From: Antedon mediterranea
Taxonomy: Eukaryota; Animalia; Echinodermata
NCBI RefSeq assembly: GCF_964355755.1
Contig: NC_092671.1
Span: forward strand, 36,838,304 to 36,902,303
Reading direction: 5' to 3'
DNA: 64,000 nt
Part shown: positions 62,999-64,000 of the stretch, piece by piece
Numbering within the stretch: the first letter of the stretch is position 1
Layout of the letters: each line of letters begins with the position of its first letter
Translations under genes and position numbers: made by a program
Notes under the pieces: model-generated
Databases searched by the model: none
Told to the model about the DNA's origin: nothing
Seen by the model: only the letters and a program-made list of their open reading frames with translations

Positions 62999-64000
62999 CT
63001 GTGGACATAATACAAATAAGATAATATTAATAACGGGCCTAGAATATGACTTTCTCGTCTAGGTTGCTGAAATTACAGGTTTGATACAACATGATAGGCC
63101 CTAAAGGTATGATTCTGGCATGAATTCAAATCAAAATTTGCAGATGACACTAGGCCTAATATATGAGGATGAGACGAAAGTATTGACTTCGTTCTCTTTT
63201 TCTGGCAAGACCAATTCGCTACAGAATACACTTCGTGACGAAGAAACATTTTTAGAACCATTATCATACACTTGGGTTTTTGGCAAAACGTGTTTTTACG
63301 TCATCGCCGTAGGCCTTGACACGTCTTGTTAGCATAATTGGTGTGGGGATGGAAACAGAATATGTTTAAAAAGTAGACAAGGCCTGAGTGTCAAAGTTTT
63401 TGAGTTCTCCATTGTTAAATCCTTAAATGCCTTAAAAATGTATCTTAATACAGTGTAGGCTCAAAGTATTGAAAATGTATTACTATTACAGATGTTATGA
63501 TGATTATAATAATACAACACTATATTTGATAGAAATAAATTAATGATTTACGATAGGGAGACGACAATGGCTTCTACTTGTTGTTGAGAAACAGGAAGAG
63601 ACCAGGTGTGTGAAATTACGGACATTGATAAAGTTCGTTAATTAATAGGTTCATTAACACACATTGAGAGGTATAGCTATCTCAGTACATTGAGTTCTAA
63701 GGCTTTGGTCTACTTAGATACATACATTTGATTCCAGAATGGAATACAATATCTCAATAATGAATATCTCAGGAGCAATTCAAAATATCACATAATATTT
63801 ATGGTGGAACATGAGTAAATAGTCAACTTAATGTTTAGAGAGTTGATAATAGCCAACCAGGTTTCGTCAAAAAGGAAGATAATGATAATAATAATATATT
63901 TAGGCCTATGTTTACCAAAAATAGTGTGATGTGCCTAAATATGGAAGTCATATGCTCAAATATGGCAGTGATAATGAGATCATGATGTCCATATATGGGC

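Overview
This is AT-rich, intron-rich animal nuclear DNA. It is probably an invertebrate deuterostome, possibly echinoderm-like; that is inferred from the Deu-domain SINEs and vertebrate-like exon structures. I reconstructed eight protein-coding genes by hand from splice sites: KIAA1328/hinderin-like (+), PSAT1 (-), pyruvate kinase (-), an intronless DMC1 (-), riboflavin kinase (+), MRPL9 (-), TTC21B/IFT139 (+, 29 exons) and a 5'-incomplete LIV-1 family ZIP12/ZIP4-like zinc transporter (-). Introns and intergenic DNA are packed with non-autonomous elements. These include about 28 copies or fragments of one PIF/Harbinger-type MITE, Kolobok-, hAT- and IS3EU-like elements, tRNA-, 5S- and Deu-derived SINEs, a LINE 3' fragment and several tandem arrays. 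The most notable observations are a minor-spliceosome AT-AC intron in KIAA1328, the single-exon DMC1, two independently inserted foldback elements with TAC...GTA ends and 6-bp TSDs, a composite 5S+tRNA+Deu SINE, and a SINE whose 5' A-box is amplified about 30-fold. I see no prokaryote-style system such as CRISPR or a defence island. All family assignments come from motif recognition, not database searches.
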